From a virus, in IMG/VR virus record IMGVR_UViG_3300025929_000012, positions 46,329 through 110,328 of that record: 64,000 bases of DNA. One strand, 5' to 3'. Under the pieces are notes generated by a model. The model saw nothing but the letters and a program-made list of their open reading frames with translations. It did not search any database and had not been told where the DNA came from. Each line of letters begins with the position of its first letter. Positions within the stretch are counted from its first letter, which is position 1. A program made the position numbers and the translations under genes. Positions 35,687 to 46,077 of the stretch are shown here, in pieces.

Positions 35687-36049
35687 CTAGTTCGAAGTTC
35701 CCGCGGCCGGGGGTGCCGGGGGCGCGAGGTCAGTCACCGACGACACGGAGGAGTCCAGGGACGCGGCGGTGCCCTGCGCGGCGGCGACGGCAGCGTCCAG
35801 GGCAGACGTGTCCACCGAGGCGGGGAGGGCGGCGAGGGCGGCCTTGATCGCGTCGATGTCGGTCCCCAGCTGGGCGACGTTCGCGGCGACGTCGCCGGTG
35901 AGGGCGGTCAGGGCCTGCGTGGCCAGGTCGATCGACTGCTGCTGCTCGCTCACGGTATCCAGCTTTCTCTCAAGGGCGGTCAGGGACTTGCGGATGGCTT
36001 GCAGTTCCGGGGAGTGGTCGCAGGGCCGGCGTCCCCATTCGGGCTCCAT
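35687..36049 (-). CDS. Coiled-coil hypothetical protein
   Basis: Heptad-like, Ala-rich. Confidence 0.6.
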   Translation of the reverse strand: MEPEWGRRPCDHSPELQAIRKSLTALERKLDTVSEQQQSIDLATQALTALTGDVAANVAQLGTDIDAIKAALAALPASVDTSALDAAVAAAQGTAASLDSSVSSVTDLAPPAPPAAGTSN

Positions 36050-36312
36050 CAGGCTGCCTCCGCCCGCCGTGGGCGGCCTCGTAGCTGCCGGGGGTCGGTG
36101 CCCGATGCGGTGATGCCGTGCTCCCGGACCAGCCTCTCAGCGGCCCTGAGCGCTTCGGGGGTGTGGAGCGGCCTGCCGCGCTCGTCAAGGCCCTGGGTGG
36201 CGAGCCAGCCGCGCCAGCGCCAGGACCGGATCGTGGCGGGGCTGACGCCGATGTACCGGGCGGCCTGGACGGTGCCGAGCATGCCGTCATCACGGGTCGG
36301 GACCACGGTCAC
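36049..36312 (-). CDS. MerR-like HTH protein
   Basis: LGTVQAARYIGVSPATIRSWRWRGWL. Confidence 0.75.
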   Translation of the reverse strand: MTVVPTRDDGMLGTVQAARYIGVSPATIRSWRWRGWLATQGLDERGRPLHTPEALRAAERLVREHGITASGTDPRQLRGRPRRAEAA

Positions 36313-36589
36313 CGCCCTGTTACATGCGAAATGCCCCCGTACGCGAGGTGCGCAGGGGACAGTTGTTCTAGTGGTGGCTAGTGTTGCACCTTGCTCGTGA
36401 GCTGGCAAGTTACGGCGGCTGACGGCGTGGCCGCCTAACCACTCGTCATCGTCGCCCCAGCCACTAGACGGGCACCAGCAGTCCCGGCACAGGCACAGGC
36501 AATCGTCCCCGCATGAGCAGTCCGCGACCTCGTTGCCGTCCACGTCGGTGCGCCCGCTGTAGGTGTCGGCGGGGCAGCATTGCAGCGGC

Positions 36590-37717
36590 TCAGGCGGCGG
36601 CACGGCCCCGGCCCCCGCAACATGAGCACGACGCCCAGGAACATTCAGGATGCCGGTCCAGGTCGGGGCGCATCTCGCAGCGGCGGCAGGTGAGCAGCCC
36701 CGACCCCCGCACCCACGCCGCGTACATCACGGCCCACGCGGTCAATTCCGGGCGGGTCATCTCGTCCCCGCACTCCGCGCACCGTGTCCACCGTGGCGGC
36801 GGCTGGGCCGGGTCCGGTGGCGGCTGCTCCAGCACCGTGAGGGCTGACATGGCCTCGCACGACCGGCACGGCATCCCGTCGAGGACCTCCGCGGACGCGG
36901 GGACCTGCCCGGTCAGCCGGCGGGCATGCCAGTCCAGGGCGAGGATCTCCGCGCCGGCGTGGACGGCGTTCCGGCGGGTCAGCACCTTCACCCACCCGTC
37001 GCCGGCGGAGACGATCTCCAGGTCGCCTAGCTCCGCCTCAGCCTCGGCGGGGACCGGCCCGGACGGCACGGCTTCCGGCACGGGGCCGGGGTCGTGGTCA
37101 CAGAACCCCGCCGCCTGGCCGTCGCACGCCCACCACCAGCCCGACACCGGGGAACGGGTCACCGTCCGCCCGCACCTCCGGCACGCCCCCTGCGCCCGGT
37201 TCAGCGGGGCCGTCGCCTCGGGGAGGTCGTAGGCGCGGGTCGTCCACCCGTCCGGCAGGGCCATCAGCGGGCCGGGATGGCGGGCCAGGACGTTGCAGTC
37301 CTCCCGCACCCTGCCCGGGGTGCCCGGGGGATGCCGGGGCGGGGACAGGCGCAGGCCCGGGGTATCGCGGACCCGGGCGGCCCACCCGGCGAGGACCGCG
37401 GACGCCTCCCGGGCCAGTGCTTCGGCGGGGGGGCTGACCAGGATCCGGGGTCCCGGAGGTACCCGGACCTTCCCCGTAGCCCGCGCGAGGGCGGCGGTAC
37501 CGGAGGCTAGCAGGGAATACAGCGGGGGGAGCTCCGTCAGGCAGGTGACGATCTTTGACGTGCAGGCCGGGCAGTACGGCTGCCAGGTGAGGGCCGGATG
37601 CCATGCGCCTTCGGCGTCGCGGGTCGACGCGGCGCACCAGTCACCTCTCGAGCACGAGCGCTGCTCGTCATCGGTTACCGCCGGAACCTGGGCCTGGACT
37701 GCCTGCCGGGGAGCCAT
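36590..37717 (-). CDS. Cys-rich protein typical of the region upstream of phage packaging genes
   Basis: CPAC...L.ELP.LY, PCRSC, CAECG motifs. Confidence 0.7.
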   Translation of the reverse strand: MAPRQAVQAQVPAVTDDEQRSCSRGDWCAASTRDAEGAWHPALTWQPYCPACTSKIVTCLTELPPLYSLLASGTAALARATGKVRVPPGPRILVSPPAEALAREASAVLAGWAARVRDTPGLRLSPPRHPPGTPGRVREDCNVLARHPGPLMALPDGWTTRAYDLPEATAPLNRAQGACRRCGRTVTRSPVSGWWWACDGQAAGFCDHDPGPVPEAVPSGPVPAEAEAELGDLEIVSAGDGWVKVLTRRNAVHAGAEILALDWHARRLTGQVPASAEVLDGMPCRSCEAMSALTVLEQPPPDPAQPPPRWTRCAECGDEMTRPELTAWAVMYAAWVRGSGLLTCRRCEMRPDLDRHPECSWASCSCCGGRGRAAA

Positions 37718-37864
37718 GCCCCCATCATGCCACCGGGGGTGACGGGTGCAACGCGAACAGTTAACGGGTATCAGTCGCGGGCAGCGAGAAGGGCCGCCTC
37801 CCCCCGGGAAACGGCCCTTCGCTTTAGTCCTCGCCGAGCGCCAGCCGCATGTCGCGAGGGTGAT

Positions 37865-38338
37865 CTAGTACCAGGTGTAGATCTCAGAGGGAACGGGCGG
37901 GCCAAACAGCCAGATCGCCGCGTATTGCCAGATGAGCAGCGCGTTAGGCAGCTCCATGACAGTCCCGGCGCGGGTAGCCTCTTCGTGGATCAGGTGCCGG
38001 GCGACGGTCAGCCGGTCGGCGGTCTCTCCGTCGGCGACCGGGCGTCCGAGCGAGAAGCCCTCTTCCGGGCCTGCCGCCCAGTCGGGCGCAATGGCGATCC
38101 CGCTCTGATGCAGGCCGATGGTGGTCATAATGTCGATGAGCAGGCGCAGGTCTTCCTCGGCGCGCGTGAAGTAATCACTGAAGACCGGGCTGTCCAGGGT
38201 CCCGCCGGGGGTGTCCTCGCCGAAGGTCTCGGGCTGCGCTATGTGGGGTATCGCAAGCAGGCCGAGGGGACGGGGATAGCCCGTGCTGGCGGACGCCTCG
38301 GCGGGCATGGGCTGGGTGGTTGTCTTTTTCCTGAACAT
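37865..38338 (-). CDS. Hypothetical protein
   Basis: TGATG coupling. Confidence 0.6.
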   Translation of the reverse strand: MFRKKTTTQPMPAEASASTGYPRPLGLLAIPHIAQPETFGEDTPGGTLDSPVFSDYFTRAEEDLRLLIDIMTTIGLHQSGIAIAPDWAAGPEEGFSLGRPVADGETADRLTVARHLIHEEATRAGTVMELPNALLIWQYAAIWLFGPPVPSEIYTWY

Positions 38339-38631
38339 CAGCGTCCCCGCACGCTGTACAGGACGTCGATCCACTCGGGCCTCTCAGGGTCGAACGGGTC
38401 CTCTTCGAGCGTCACCGGGTACCCGAGTTTGCCTCCCGCCCACGCGGCGAGCTCGGCGGGAGCGAGCCCGCGCGGGCCATCCAGCGCGGCGTACGGCGGG
38501 CAGTAGAACTGCCTGTCGTAGTCGCCGCGGGTGAGCAGCGTCCAGGTACCCGGGCGGCCCGCGAGCCGGTCCCGGAGGCGGGGCTTATCCGGCTGGCTGT
38601 AGAACAGCACGTGATCGTCGTCATCCGGCAT
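38338..38631 (-). CDS. Hypothetical protein
   Basis: AAAGGA SD + ATG 38631. Confidence 0.6.
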   Translation of the reverse strand: MPDDDDHVLFYSQPDKPRLRDRLAGRPGTWTLLTRGDYDRQFYCPPYAALDGPRGLAPAELAAWAGGKLGYPVTLEEDPFDPERPEWIDVLYSVRGR

Positions 38632-38648
38632 GATTCGTTTCCTTTCAG

Positions 38649-39161
38649 CTAGTACCAGTTGGGATTGGTGTGCTTCTCGTGCCACCATGCGCCGCACGGG
38701 TTGGCATAGGTGGCCGCGATGTAGTTCAGGCCCCACCTGATCTCCCAGTACGCGGACCCGCTGTTGGCCTGCCGCGCCTGGGCGTCGGTGAGGCCGAAGC
38801 CGCCGTACTCGTTTCCGAGGGTGCCGCCCCGGCCGGGCCCGCCGTGGGTCAGCGCCTGGGGGATGCCGAGCGCCCCCGACTGAGGGTTGGCGACCGACGC
38901 AGACCAGGTGTGCGCGGATTCCTCGTCCCATAGCAGGTCAAGGCAGTGCTGCTGCCTGGCCCCCCACCCGAGGGCGGCGGCCATCTCGTTGGCGAGCCGC
39001 TCGTTGGCGGGCATGCTGCTGTCCCGCACGGCCAGCACGGTCCCGCCCGAGAGTGCGTTACCCCCGGGGTGACGGTGGGCGGCGGCGTGGCTGGCCGGCA
39101 TGTACCCGGCGGCGGCGAGTACGGCGAACGTGCCCAGCGTGGCCCTGGTGCGCAGTTTCAT
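38649..39161 (-). CDS. Secreted lytic-transglycosylase-like protein
   Basis: Signal peptide; CLDLLWDEES..W...ANPQSGALGIPQAL...IRWGLNYI..TY..PC.AW. Confidence 0.8.
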   Translation of the reverse strand: MKLRTRATLGTFAVLAAAGYMPASHAAAHRHPGGNALSGGTVLAVRDSSMPANERLANEMAAALGWGARQQHCLDLLWDEESAHTWSASVANPQSGALGIPQALTHGGPGRGGTLGNEYGGFGLTDAQARQANSGSAYWEIRWGLNYIAATYANPCGAWWHEKHTNPNWY

Positions 39162-39275
39162 CGCTTGCCCTAGAGGTGGCCGGTGGCCCCGTAGGCGACT
39201 GCCATGATCACGGCAACGCCTACGGCCCAGGCGAGGATGAACAAGACGAGGTATTTCACGGGGGGTTTCTCCTTT

Positions 39276-39785
39276 TCAGGCCCGCGGGCGGGCGTAGCCG
39301 ACGACTTTCCCAGGGCCAGTGCCGCTCAGCGCGGAATCGACCCCGAACGGGTAGGCGCCGATCGGAGTGCCGGGGGCGTACGCCTGGATCATCCGGTGAG
39401 CGCCGGTCACGAGGCCGACATGCCCCGGCGCCTTGCGGGTGCCGTCGGCCCCGGCGAAGAACACCAGGTCCCCGGGCTGCGGGCTGGTGACGTGCGGCAG
39501 TTCCGCCCACTGCTCCTGTGACGTGCGGGGGATGGTGACGCCCGCGCGGGCATACGCCTCCATGACCAGGCCAGAGCAGTCGAACGAGTCCGGGCCGGTG
39601 CCGCCCCACAGGTAAGGCTTGCCGAGCTGGGCCTCGGCGTAGGCGAGGACCCGCGCGGTGACCCGGTCCCCGGCAGGGGCGCCGTGCCGGGCGGCGCGCA
39701 GGTGCGCCGCCGTCGCGGGGGCGTGTGAGGCGACCGCGAGGACGCCGCCGGCGGCGACCACGCCCAGGAACGCGCGGCGCCTCAC
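39276..39785 (-). CDS. NlpC/P60 peptidoglycan endopeptidase
   Basis: GKPYLWGGTGPDSFDCSGL...PGDLVFF...HVG; RRRAFL Tat-like leader. Confidence 0.9.
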   Translation of the reverse strand: MRRRAFLGVVAAGGVLAVASHAPATAAHLRAARHGAPAGDRVTARVLAYAEAQLGKPYLWGGTGPDSFDCSGLVMEAYARAGVTIPRTSQEQWAELPHVTSPQPGDLVFFAGADGTRKAPGHVGLVTGAHRMIQAYAPGTPIGAYPFGVDSALSGTGPGKVVGYARPRA

Positions 39786-40204
39786 CAGCGCCGTCCCCTC
39801 GAAGGGCCGGCGACCGCGGCGTGCAGGTCACGGGCGGCGCGCAGGATGTCATCGGGGCTGGCGTCCTGGTGCTCGCACGTCATCCACAGCGCCGTCTTCC
39901 GCAGGTGGTAGTCAGCGTCGCCGCCGGCTTCGCTGAGCCATGCCCGCCACTCTTCGGCGACGCCGTACACGCGGGCGCGGCCGTGGAACAGCGCGTTGCC
40001 GCGAGCCTCCAGGCGCAGGTAGCGGGCGGCGAGCGCGATCGTTACGGCCTGCGCCGCGAACAGCCGGTCAGCGACTGGCAGTTCCGGGTCAAGGCCGGTG
40101 ACGCCCTTCCACCAGGGGTCGGCGTGCACGCAGGCCACGTGCGGCCCGGGGGGCGGCGGGATGGTCAACTGGTCCTCCGCTGTGTACGGGATAAGAGTGG
40201 TCAC
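39782..40204 (-). CDS. Hypothetical protein
   Basis: GTGA coupling. Confidence 0.6.
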   Translation of the reverse strand: MTTLIPYTAEDQLTIPPPPGPHVACVHADPWWKGVTGLDPELPVADRLFAAQAVTIALAARYLRLEARGNALFHGRARVYGVAEEWRAWLSEAGGDADYHLRKTALWMTCEHQDASPDDILRAARDLHAAVAGPSRGRRW

Positions 40205-42186
40205 TGGGCTGCCTCCTGGCCGCTGATGAGCGCCAGCACGGCGCCCAGGTCTTCGGGGGCCTTGAGCACGTCGCGGGCCTTGGATCCCTCACTCGGCCCG
40301 ACGATGCCCCGGCTTTCCAGCAGGTCCATCAGCCGCCCGGCCTTCGCGAAGCCGACGCGGAGCTTGCGCTGGAGCATTGACGTGGAGCCGAACTGGGTGG
40401 TGATGATCAGCTCGGCGGCCTGGGCGAGGAGGTCCCGCTCGTCGTCGTCCACGATGCCCGCAGATCCCCCGCCGGCGTCCCCGTCCGGGCCGCCGCCGGC
40501 GGGCGGGGCCACGGTGGCGTAGGCGACCGGGCCGCAAGCCTTCACCTGGGCGACGACCCGGGCGATCTCCTCCTCGGACACGAACGCGTTCTGCAGCCGC
40601 ACCGGGCGGGACGCGCCCATCGGCAGCCACAGGCAGTCACCCTGGCCGGTCAGCTTCTCCGCGCCCGGCTGGTCCAGGATCACCCTGGAGTCAGTCAGCG
40701 ACGATGTCGCGAACGCCAGCCGCGACGGTACGTTCGCCTTGATCAGCCCCGTGACGACGTCCACCGACGGCCGCTGGGTGGCGAGCACCAGGTGGATCCC
40801 GGCAGCGCGGGCGAGCTGGGTGATCCGCACGATGGATTCCTCGACGTCACGGGGGGCGACCATCATCAGGTCGGCGAGCTCGTCGACGATAGCCACCAGG
40901 TAGGGGTAGGGCTCATACACCCGCTGCGAGCCGGGCGGCGGGACCAGCTTCCCGGCCCGCACCGCCTTGTTGAAGTCGTCCACGTGCCGGTAGCCCGAGG
41001 CCGCGAGGTCGTCGTAGCGGCGGTCCATCTCCCCGACGACCCACTCCAGGGCCTCGGCCGCCTTCTTCGGGCTGGTGATGACCGGGGTGATCAGGTGCGG
41101 CACGCCTTCGTAGACCGAGAACTCGACCCGCTTCGGGTCGATGAGGATCATCCGCACCTCCTCCAGGGTGGTGCGGGTCAGCAGGCCCGTGATCAGCCCG
41201 TTGAGGCAAACAGATTTCCCGCTCCCGGTCGCGCCGGCGATGATCACGTGCGGCATCTTCGCGAGGTTCGCCAGGACGATGCGGCCTTCCACGTCCTTGC
41301 CCAGGCCGACGGTCATCGGGTGATGGTCGGCGACCGCCTGCGGGGAACGCAGGACGTCACCGAGCATCACCGTCTCCCGGTCCTCGTTCCTGCGGGGCAC
41401 GTGGACGCCGACGGCCTTCTCGCCGGGCACGGGGGCCTGGACCATGACATCGCCCGGAGTCTTCGCCTCGTAGGCGAAGTTCTTTGCCAGCGCGGCGATC
41501 TTCTCCACCTTCACCGCGCCAGTGAGGGTCAGGTCATAGCGGATGACCTGCGGGCCGCTGACCCTGCCGGTGACGGCGGCGGGAATTTCGAACTGGGCAA
41601 GGACGGACTGCAGCGCCTTCGCGGCCGGGTCGTCCTCCAGGCTGGGATGGGGGCCGACCTGGGGTTCTGGGAGGCTGGCGAGAACAGCCGGGCCTGGCGG
41701 CGCGTACGCGGTGCCTGCCGCCGCGGGCACCGTAACGTCATCAGGGCCGGCGGGCTCGCTGGCGATGACCTGCCCGGCGAGTACCCCGGCGGCAGGCCGG
41801 GCGGCCTCGGTGACAGCAGCGGGCGGCTGGCCGGGCACGGGGTGGAAGGCCCGCCAGGAGCAGGACGCGGCGGTGAAGCCGCCGCCCGCGACCCAGGCGG
41901 CCTGCATGACCCCGCCGGCGCCGACCGGGGTGATGAGCACCGCGACAGTCAGCCACGCCGCTGCCGCCACCGCCACCATGATCACGGCCCGGCCGTCCGC
42001 GCGGGATGCCCTGGTGGCGATCATGAAGATGGTGACGGCAGCGACGGCGACGGCGGCGGCAGTGAGGCGCCCGGCGGGATGGCGGGCGGCCAGGTGGGCG
42101 ATGATCGCGTAGGCGTCCCCGGCGGCGAGCAGCAGCCACGGGGCCGCTGCTCGCCTGCCCGGCATCCCGGCTGCTGGGATGGTCAC
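40201..42186 (-). CDS. FtsK/SpoIIIE DNA translocase with N-terminal TMs and gamma domain
   Basis: [36 protein letters not shown]; gamma [22 protein letters not shown]; likely GTG start overlapping upstream stop. Confidence 0.95.
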   Translation of the reverse strand: MTIPAAGMPGRRAAAPWLLLAAGDAYAIIAHLAARHPAGRLTAAAVAVAAVTIFMIATRASRADGRAVIMVAVAAAAWLTVAVLITPVGAGGVMQAAWVAGGGFTAASCSWRAFHPVPGQPPAAVTEAARPAAGVLAGQVIASEPAGPDDVTVPAAAGTAYAPPGPAVLASLPEPQVGPHPSLEDDPAAKALQSVLAQFEIPAAVTGRVSGPQVIRYDLTLTGAVKVEKIAALAKNFAYEAKTPGDVMVQAPVPGEKAVGVHVPRRNEDRETVMLGDVLRSPQAVADHHPMTVGLGKDVEGRIVLANLAKMPHVIIAGATGSGKSVCLNGLITGLLTRTTLEEVRMILIDPKRVEFSVYEGVPHLITPVITSPKKAAEALEWVVGEMDRRYDDLAASGYRHVDDFNKAVRAGKLVPPPGSQRVYEPYPYLVAIVDELADLMMVAPRDVEESIVRITQLARAAGIHLVLATQRPSVDVVTGLIKANVPSRLAFATSSLTDSRVILDQPGAEKLTGQGDCLWLPMGASRPVRLQNAFVSEEEIARVVAQVKACGPVAYATVAPPAGGGPDGDAGGGSAGIVDDDERDLLAQAAELIITTQFGSTSMLQRKLRVGFAKAGRLMDLLESRGIVGPSEGSKARDVLKAPEDLGAVLALISGQEAAQ

Positions 42187-42878
42187 GAGGCCTCCTTCGC
42201 CGGGCGCGGAGGGGCTGGCAGCCGGCCGGGACCGGGCTGGCCGCCGGCGGCCTGGGTGCCCGGGTGGGCGCGGCGCGGCGCGGCGGCCTTGCCGGCCTTG
42301 CGGTAGCCGCGGACGAACACGAGCGCGAGCACGACCAGGAAGGCCACGGCGATGATGACCACCGGGTGCCCCCCCGCCGAATGAGCGGCGGCGGCCGGGT
42401 GACGGTGACCGCCGGCGGGTGCCGTGAAGGCGGTGCCGCTGATGACGCCGGCGGCGGCGTGCCGGGCGCTGGCCAGCCCCTGACCGGTGCTGCGGGTGAT
42501 CTGGTGCCACCCGCCGATCACCAGGGCCAGCGCGGCGGCGAAGGTGACGGACACCGCGATCGTCCCGTGGTGATGATGGGCTTTACCCCGGAAGGCGCCC
42601 AGGAACGCGAAGACCCCGGTGACCGCCAGCACCGCCAGCAGGACCACCAGCCCGGCCCCGGCCCCGGTGACCTGCCACAGCACCGCGAGGCTCGGCGCGA
42701 ACGCGATCATGCCGCAGAACACGGCGACCGCGAAGATGACCGCGGCGGCCCGCTCGCACGCAGCCGTCCTCTTGCCCTTCGCCTCCGCCCCGCCGCCTTT
42801 CACGTGGTTCCGCATCGTGAAGACGAGGACCCCGGCCACGGTGGCGAGCACCGCGACGGCGGCCATTGGCCCGTTCAT
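42183..42878 (-). CDS. Multi-TM membrane protein (Spd/transfer-like)
   Basis: About 5 hydrophobic segments; coupled to the FtsK gene. Confidence 0.7.
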   Translation of the reverse strand: MNGPMAAVAVLATVAGVLVFTMRNHVKGGGAEAKGKRTAACERAAAVIFAVAVFCGMIAFAPSLAVLWQVTGAGAGLVVLLAVLAVTGVFAFLGAFRGKAHHHHGTIAVSVTFAAALALVIGGWHQITRSTGQGLASARHAAAGVISGTAFTAPAGGHRHPAAAAHSAGGHPVVIIAVAFLVVLALVFVRGYRKAGKAAAPRRAHPGTQAAGGQPGPGRLPAPPRPAKEAS

Positions 42879-42906
42879 GCTTTCCCCTTTCCTTTTCTCT
42901 TTGGCC

Positions 42907-43539
42907 TCATCCGAAGATGAGGATGATGAGGGCTAGCACCCCGGTAATGGCGAGCACCGTGAAAATGCGCGCGAACCGGTCACCGGCCCAGTCAATCCGG
43001 GTGCCCGCGAACACCAGCGCCTCGCCGGCGATGATGAGCGCTTTCCCGGTGAGCTTCGCCGGGGCGGTAACGGCCAGGTGGCCGGCGACGAATGCCCGCC
43101 CGGCCCACGGGGCGCCGATCTCCTCCAGGACCGGGTGGGCGGTGACGTGCCGCCAGTGCTGGCGCATCGTCTCCGTGCTGGGGCTGGCGAGCTCGGCGAG
43201 GAGGCCGCCGGGGCCGCCGCCGACCGCCTCGCTGCCGGCCAGGGTCCCCAGGTGCGCCCGCAGGCGGAGGCCGGGCGCGGAGCGGGCCTCCCGGGCGGCG
43301 GGCCCGCCGGGCCCTGTTACCCACTCGCTGGTACCGAGCCAGTCAAGCGACCGCGGGTCGTTTCCCCCGCCGGGGTGATCGCCGTTACCCGGCGGGGTAA
43401 CGCCGGAGGTGACAGCGGGGGTAACGGGCGGGGTAACGCCGGGGGAAACATCCGGGGTAACAGTGCCGGGGGAAACGGCGTAGTCCGGGTCGGCCCAGTA
43501 GTCAACTGTGCCGCCGGTGTCATAGGGCATGGCGGTCAT
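42907..43539 (-). CDS. Membrane-anchored protein with VTP repeats
   Basis: AGGAGG SD; C-terminal TM. Confidence 0.7.
   Translation of the reverse strand: MTAMPYDTGGTVDYWADPDYAVSPGTVTPDVSPGVTPPVTPAVTSGVTPPGNGDHPGGGNDPRSLDWLGTSEWVTGPGGPAAREARSAPGLRLRAHLGTLAGSEAVGGGPGGLLAELASPSTETMRQHWRHVTAHPVLEEIGAPWAGRAFVAGHLAVTAPAKLTGKALIIAGEALVFAGTRIDWAGDRFARIFTVLAITGVLALIILIFG
43384..43476 (+). repeat. GGG(T/A)AAC array 1, 12-bp period
   Basis: Copies ending 43401, 43413 (variant), 43425, 43437, 43449, 43461, 43476, plus one inverted copy at 43384. Confidence 0.85.
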
Positions 43540-44039
43540 CGGGGGTCCTCCTGTCCGGGTCGCCGGGCCAGCGCCCGGAACGTCGCGGTGACCGGGGCGA
43601 GCGGCGCCCACCCGGCCGGGTTGAGCTTCCGGGGCTCCCGGAACCACGGGTCGGGCTGCTCGCCGCGCTCGACCGCGGCGGCCAGCGCGTCGATCACGTG
43701 GACCGTCGCCCAGCACCAGGCGGCGGCGTAGTGCCAGTTACGGCGGCTGGCAGGACGAAACACGCTGGTCAGGTACTCCACGGCGCGGGCCAGGGCCATG
43801 AACGGGTCAGTCTCCGCGTTGACCCTCGCGACGCCGGGAGCCCCCCGCCGGCCCCTTCCCTGCAATACCACTGCCGGGGAAGGGGTATAATCACGCGCCG
43901 GCGACGCATGCCTGCCCGTCGGGCGAGGCCACGGCCCCCCTTCGAGGGCACCCGGGCCCACGGGGGAGGGGCGTTCGGGGCGGCCCCGCGGGCCCGGCCC
44001 GGTAACGTTCTGGTCACGGATCTCTCGCATGCCGGTCAC
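43536..44039 (-). CDS. Hypothetical protein
   Basis: GTGA/ATGA coupling. Confidence 0.6.
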   Translation of the reverse strand: MTGMREIRDQNVTGPGPRGRPERPSPVGPGALEGGPWPRPTGRHASPARDYTPSPAVVLQGRGRRGAPGVARVNAETDPFMALARAVEYLTSVFRPASRRNWHYAAAWCWATVHVIDALAAAVERGEQPDPWFREPRKLNPAGWAPLAPVTATFRALARRPGQEDPR

Positions 44040-44935
44040 TCCCCGGCCGCTGACTGCCCGGCAGCGCGGGCTTCCTTGACTCGCTTCACCAGCGGCGCGA
44101 CGCGCTTCGGGGTGCCGCCGTACTCGTCCATGAAGGCGCGGACGGTGAGGTCCAGGCCGGCCCGCTCGCGCTCATCGGCGAGCTTCATCGCCAGGGCCCA
44201 CATCTCGTCGTCGGCCATGGGGGGCTTGCGCATCAGGTCCGTGACGGTCGCCAGCGGGCCCGTCTCGTCCTCCGGCGGCTCGATGGCGAGGGGGGTGGCA
44301 AGGGGGAGCGCGGCCTGTCCGGCGTTACCCTCCGGGAGGCCCTGCGCGTTACCCGCGAGGCCCCCGGACGCGTTACCCCAGCCGTTACCCTCCCTGTTAC
44401 CCCCGGCGTTACCCTGGCTGTTACCCCGGCTGTTACCCGGCCTGGAGAACCGGGCCGCGAGCGCCTCACGCTCCGCCTCAAGCCGCCGCGCCTCCTGCCG
44501 GGCCTCCCACCGGGCGAGGTCCGCAGACTGGGATGCCGAGTACATGAGGACCCCGACTGCCGTGAGGGCCGCCAGGTCCAGGCCGTAGGACGCGACGCCC
44601 GCCGGCACGGTGCCCATCCCCGGCGTGAGGACCTTGATGCCGGACGACGCGGACGCGAACATCAGGGCCGCGGCGATCCCGCCCACCCATATCTTCAGGG
44701 TCCAGTGGAAATTCACGTGCGCGGCCACGTGGGACAGGATCGCCACCAGCAGCGGCACCGCGAGGCCGACTGTCCAGCCGATTAGCGCGGGCATGTGCCC
44801 GAGCTTCACGTGCTGGTAAATGTTCAGCTCAACCGAAATGGTCAGCGCGATGACCGTGCCCGCCTCGCACGCGTACGCCACGTCCTTGCGGAGCGTCTTC
44901 GGACGCGGGTCGTGTAGCGCCTTAATGTCACTCAA
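44036..44935 (-). CDS. SpdA/DUF2637-like membrane protein
   Basis: 4 TMs, coiled coil, GN-repeat linker, C-terminal helical domain. Confidence 0.65.
   Translation of the reverse strand: MSDIKALHDPRPKTLRKDVAYACEAGTVIALTISVELNIYQHVKLGHMPALIGWTVGLAVPLLVAILSHVAAHVNFHWTLKIWVGGIAAALMFASASSGIKVLTPGMGTVPAGVASYGLDLAALTAVGVLMYSASQSADLARWEARQEARRLEAEREALAARFSRPGNSRGNSQGNAGGNREGNGWGNASGGLAGNAQGLPEGNAGQAALPLATPLAIEPPEDETGPLATVTDLMRKPPMADDEMWALAMKLADERERAGLDLTVRAFMDEYGGTPKRVAPLVKRVKEARAAGQSAAGE
44324..44438 (-). repeat. GGGTAAC array 2, eight perfect copies
   Basis: GTTACCC on + strand at 44324, 44348, 44372, 44384, 44396, 44408, 44420, 44432. Confidence 0.9.
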
Positions 44936-45087
44936 GGCCGTTTCCTTTTCTTCCGGGGGGCCTAGGGGGAAATCGGGGATTAGTCAATCTCAATCGCGGG
45001 CATGGTGCGGGGCCTTTCCCGCAGGCGCGGCAGGCGGCCTTCCCTCGCGGCCTGCCGCGCCCTGACGGGGAGGTGTCCCAAGGGGAC

Positions 45088-45246
45088 TCAGGCCACCGCC
45101 TCGCGGCGGCGGTGGCGGACGGCCACGGTGATGAACAAGGCGGACATCACCACGAGGGCGACGAACCCGGCGGCGGCGCTATGCATCAGGTCGCCGATGA
45201 AAGCGGCTCCAACGCCGGTGATGACCGCGCTGACGAGGATGCGCAT
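45088..45246 (-). CDS. Small hydrophobic protein (52 aa)
   Basis: AAGGAG SD; MRILVSAVITGVGAAFIG... Confidence 0.6.
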   Translation of the reverse strand: MRILVSAVITGVGAAFIGDLMHSAAAGFVALVVMSALFITVAVRHRRREAVA

Positions 45247-45314
45247 GATAGGTGCTCCTTCCGAGAGCTGACTTGTGCTGTTTCCTTGCGTGACTGCCTG
45301 GCCGGGCGGCCAGG

Positions 45315-45548
45315 TCAGGACTTGTGGCCCCGGGTCCGCCTCGCCCAGCCAGTGAGGGTGAGGATGACGGCCAGGATGATCACCACGGCGGCGATAGAGC
45401 CGGCGTGGGTCGCGGACCCGGCGGGATCCGGGTGGCTGGTGAACGCGGAGATGAACGCGTGGATCGCGGCCGGGGACTCGCGGACGGCGGAGAGCACGTC
45501 ACCCGCGTAGTGGGTGAGGTGGGCTTGCCAGGGAGCCGGGCGGGCCAT
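45315..45548 (-). CDS. Small membrane protein
   Basis: C-terminal TM; TGATG coupling. Confidence 0.55.
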   Translation of the reverse strand: MARPAPWQAHLTHYAGDVLSAVRESPAAIHAFISAFTSHPDPAGSATHAGSIAAVVIILAVILTLTGWARRTRGHKS

Positions 45549-45730
45549 CAGTGACGCCTCAGCCGTATGAACGCGACCACGAGCAAGATGAGCAGGGCGA
45601 GTAGCAGCCACCAGGCCGAAGGACCGGCATGATGGCGGGCGGCGACCGCGAGGGCGACGCCGGCGAAGGACTTGATCACCAGGGGGCTTCCTTCCGGGGG
45701 GTCAGGCGGCGCGGGGACGGCGGCGTTCAC
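45548..45730 (-). CDS. Small membrane protein
   Basis: Two hydrophobic segments. Confidence 0.55.
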   Translation of the reverse strand: MNAAVPAPPDPPEGSPLVIKSFAGVALAVAARHHAGPSAWWLLLALLILLVVAFIRLRRH

Positions 45731-46077
45731 GCTGCACGCTCCCGGGTGCGGGGACGGGCCTCGGGGGCGGTTGCAGTGCGGGCACGGTCTAGCCTGATCC
45801 GCTCGCGTTCCGGCGCGGACTTGCCGCCGTACACGCCGTGCGGGTCACCGATCCCGTACTCAAGGCAGGGAGCCTTCACCGGGCAGGTGGCGCACACCCT
45901 CTTCGCGTACGCGACGGAGCCGCCCTTTTCCGGGTAGAAGAGGTCTGGGTCGACGGTCGCGCACAGCGCCGCCTCGGTCCAGTGGGGAGGACGGGGAAGC
46001 ACTGGCGGATCATCGGGAGGCGGGAGGGCGGGCGCCTTGGCGGGCCAGTGCCTCGCGGTCCTGGTGCGGGTGCTCAC
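45727..46077 (-). CDS. whiB: WhiB-family transcription factor
   Basis: W...ALC...DPDLFYP...AKRVCATCPVKAPCL...GVYGG. Confidence 0.9.
   Translation of the reverse strand: MSTRTRTARHWPAKAPALPPPDDPPVLPRPPHWTEAALCATVDPDLFYPEKGGSVAYAKRVCATCPVKAPCLEYGIGDPHGVYGGKSAPERERIRLDRARTATAPEARPRTRERAA

Noticed and set aside
38649-39785. Phage lysis cassette
   Set aside because: Both enzymes have export signals and sit in the FtsK operon, far from tail genes; a transfer role fits better, though lysis is not excluded
43384-44438. CRISPR-like array
   Set aside because: Units are only 7 bp at 12-bp period, with no spacer-length unique sequences and no cas genes
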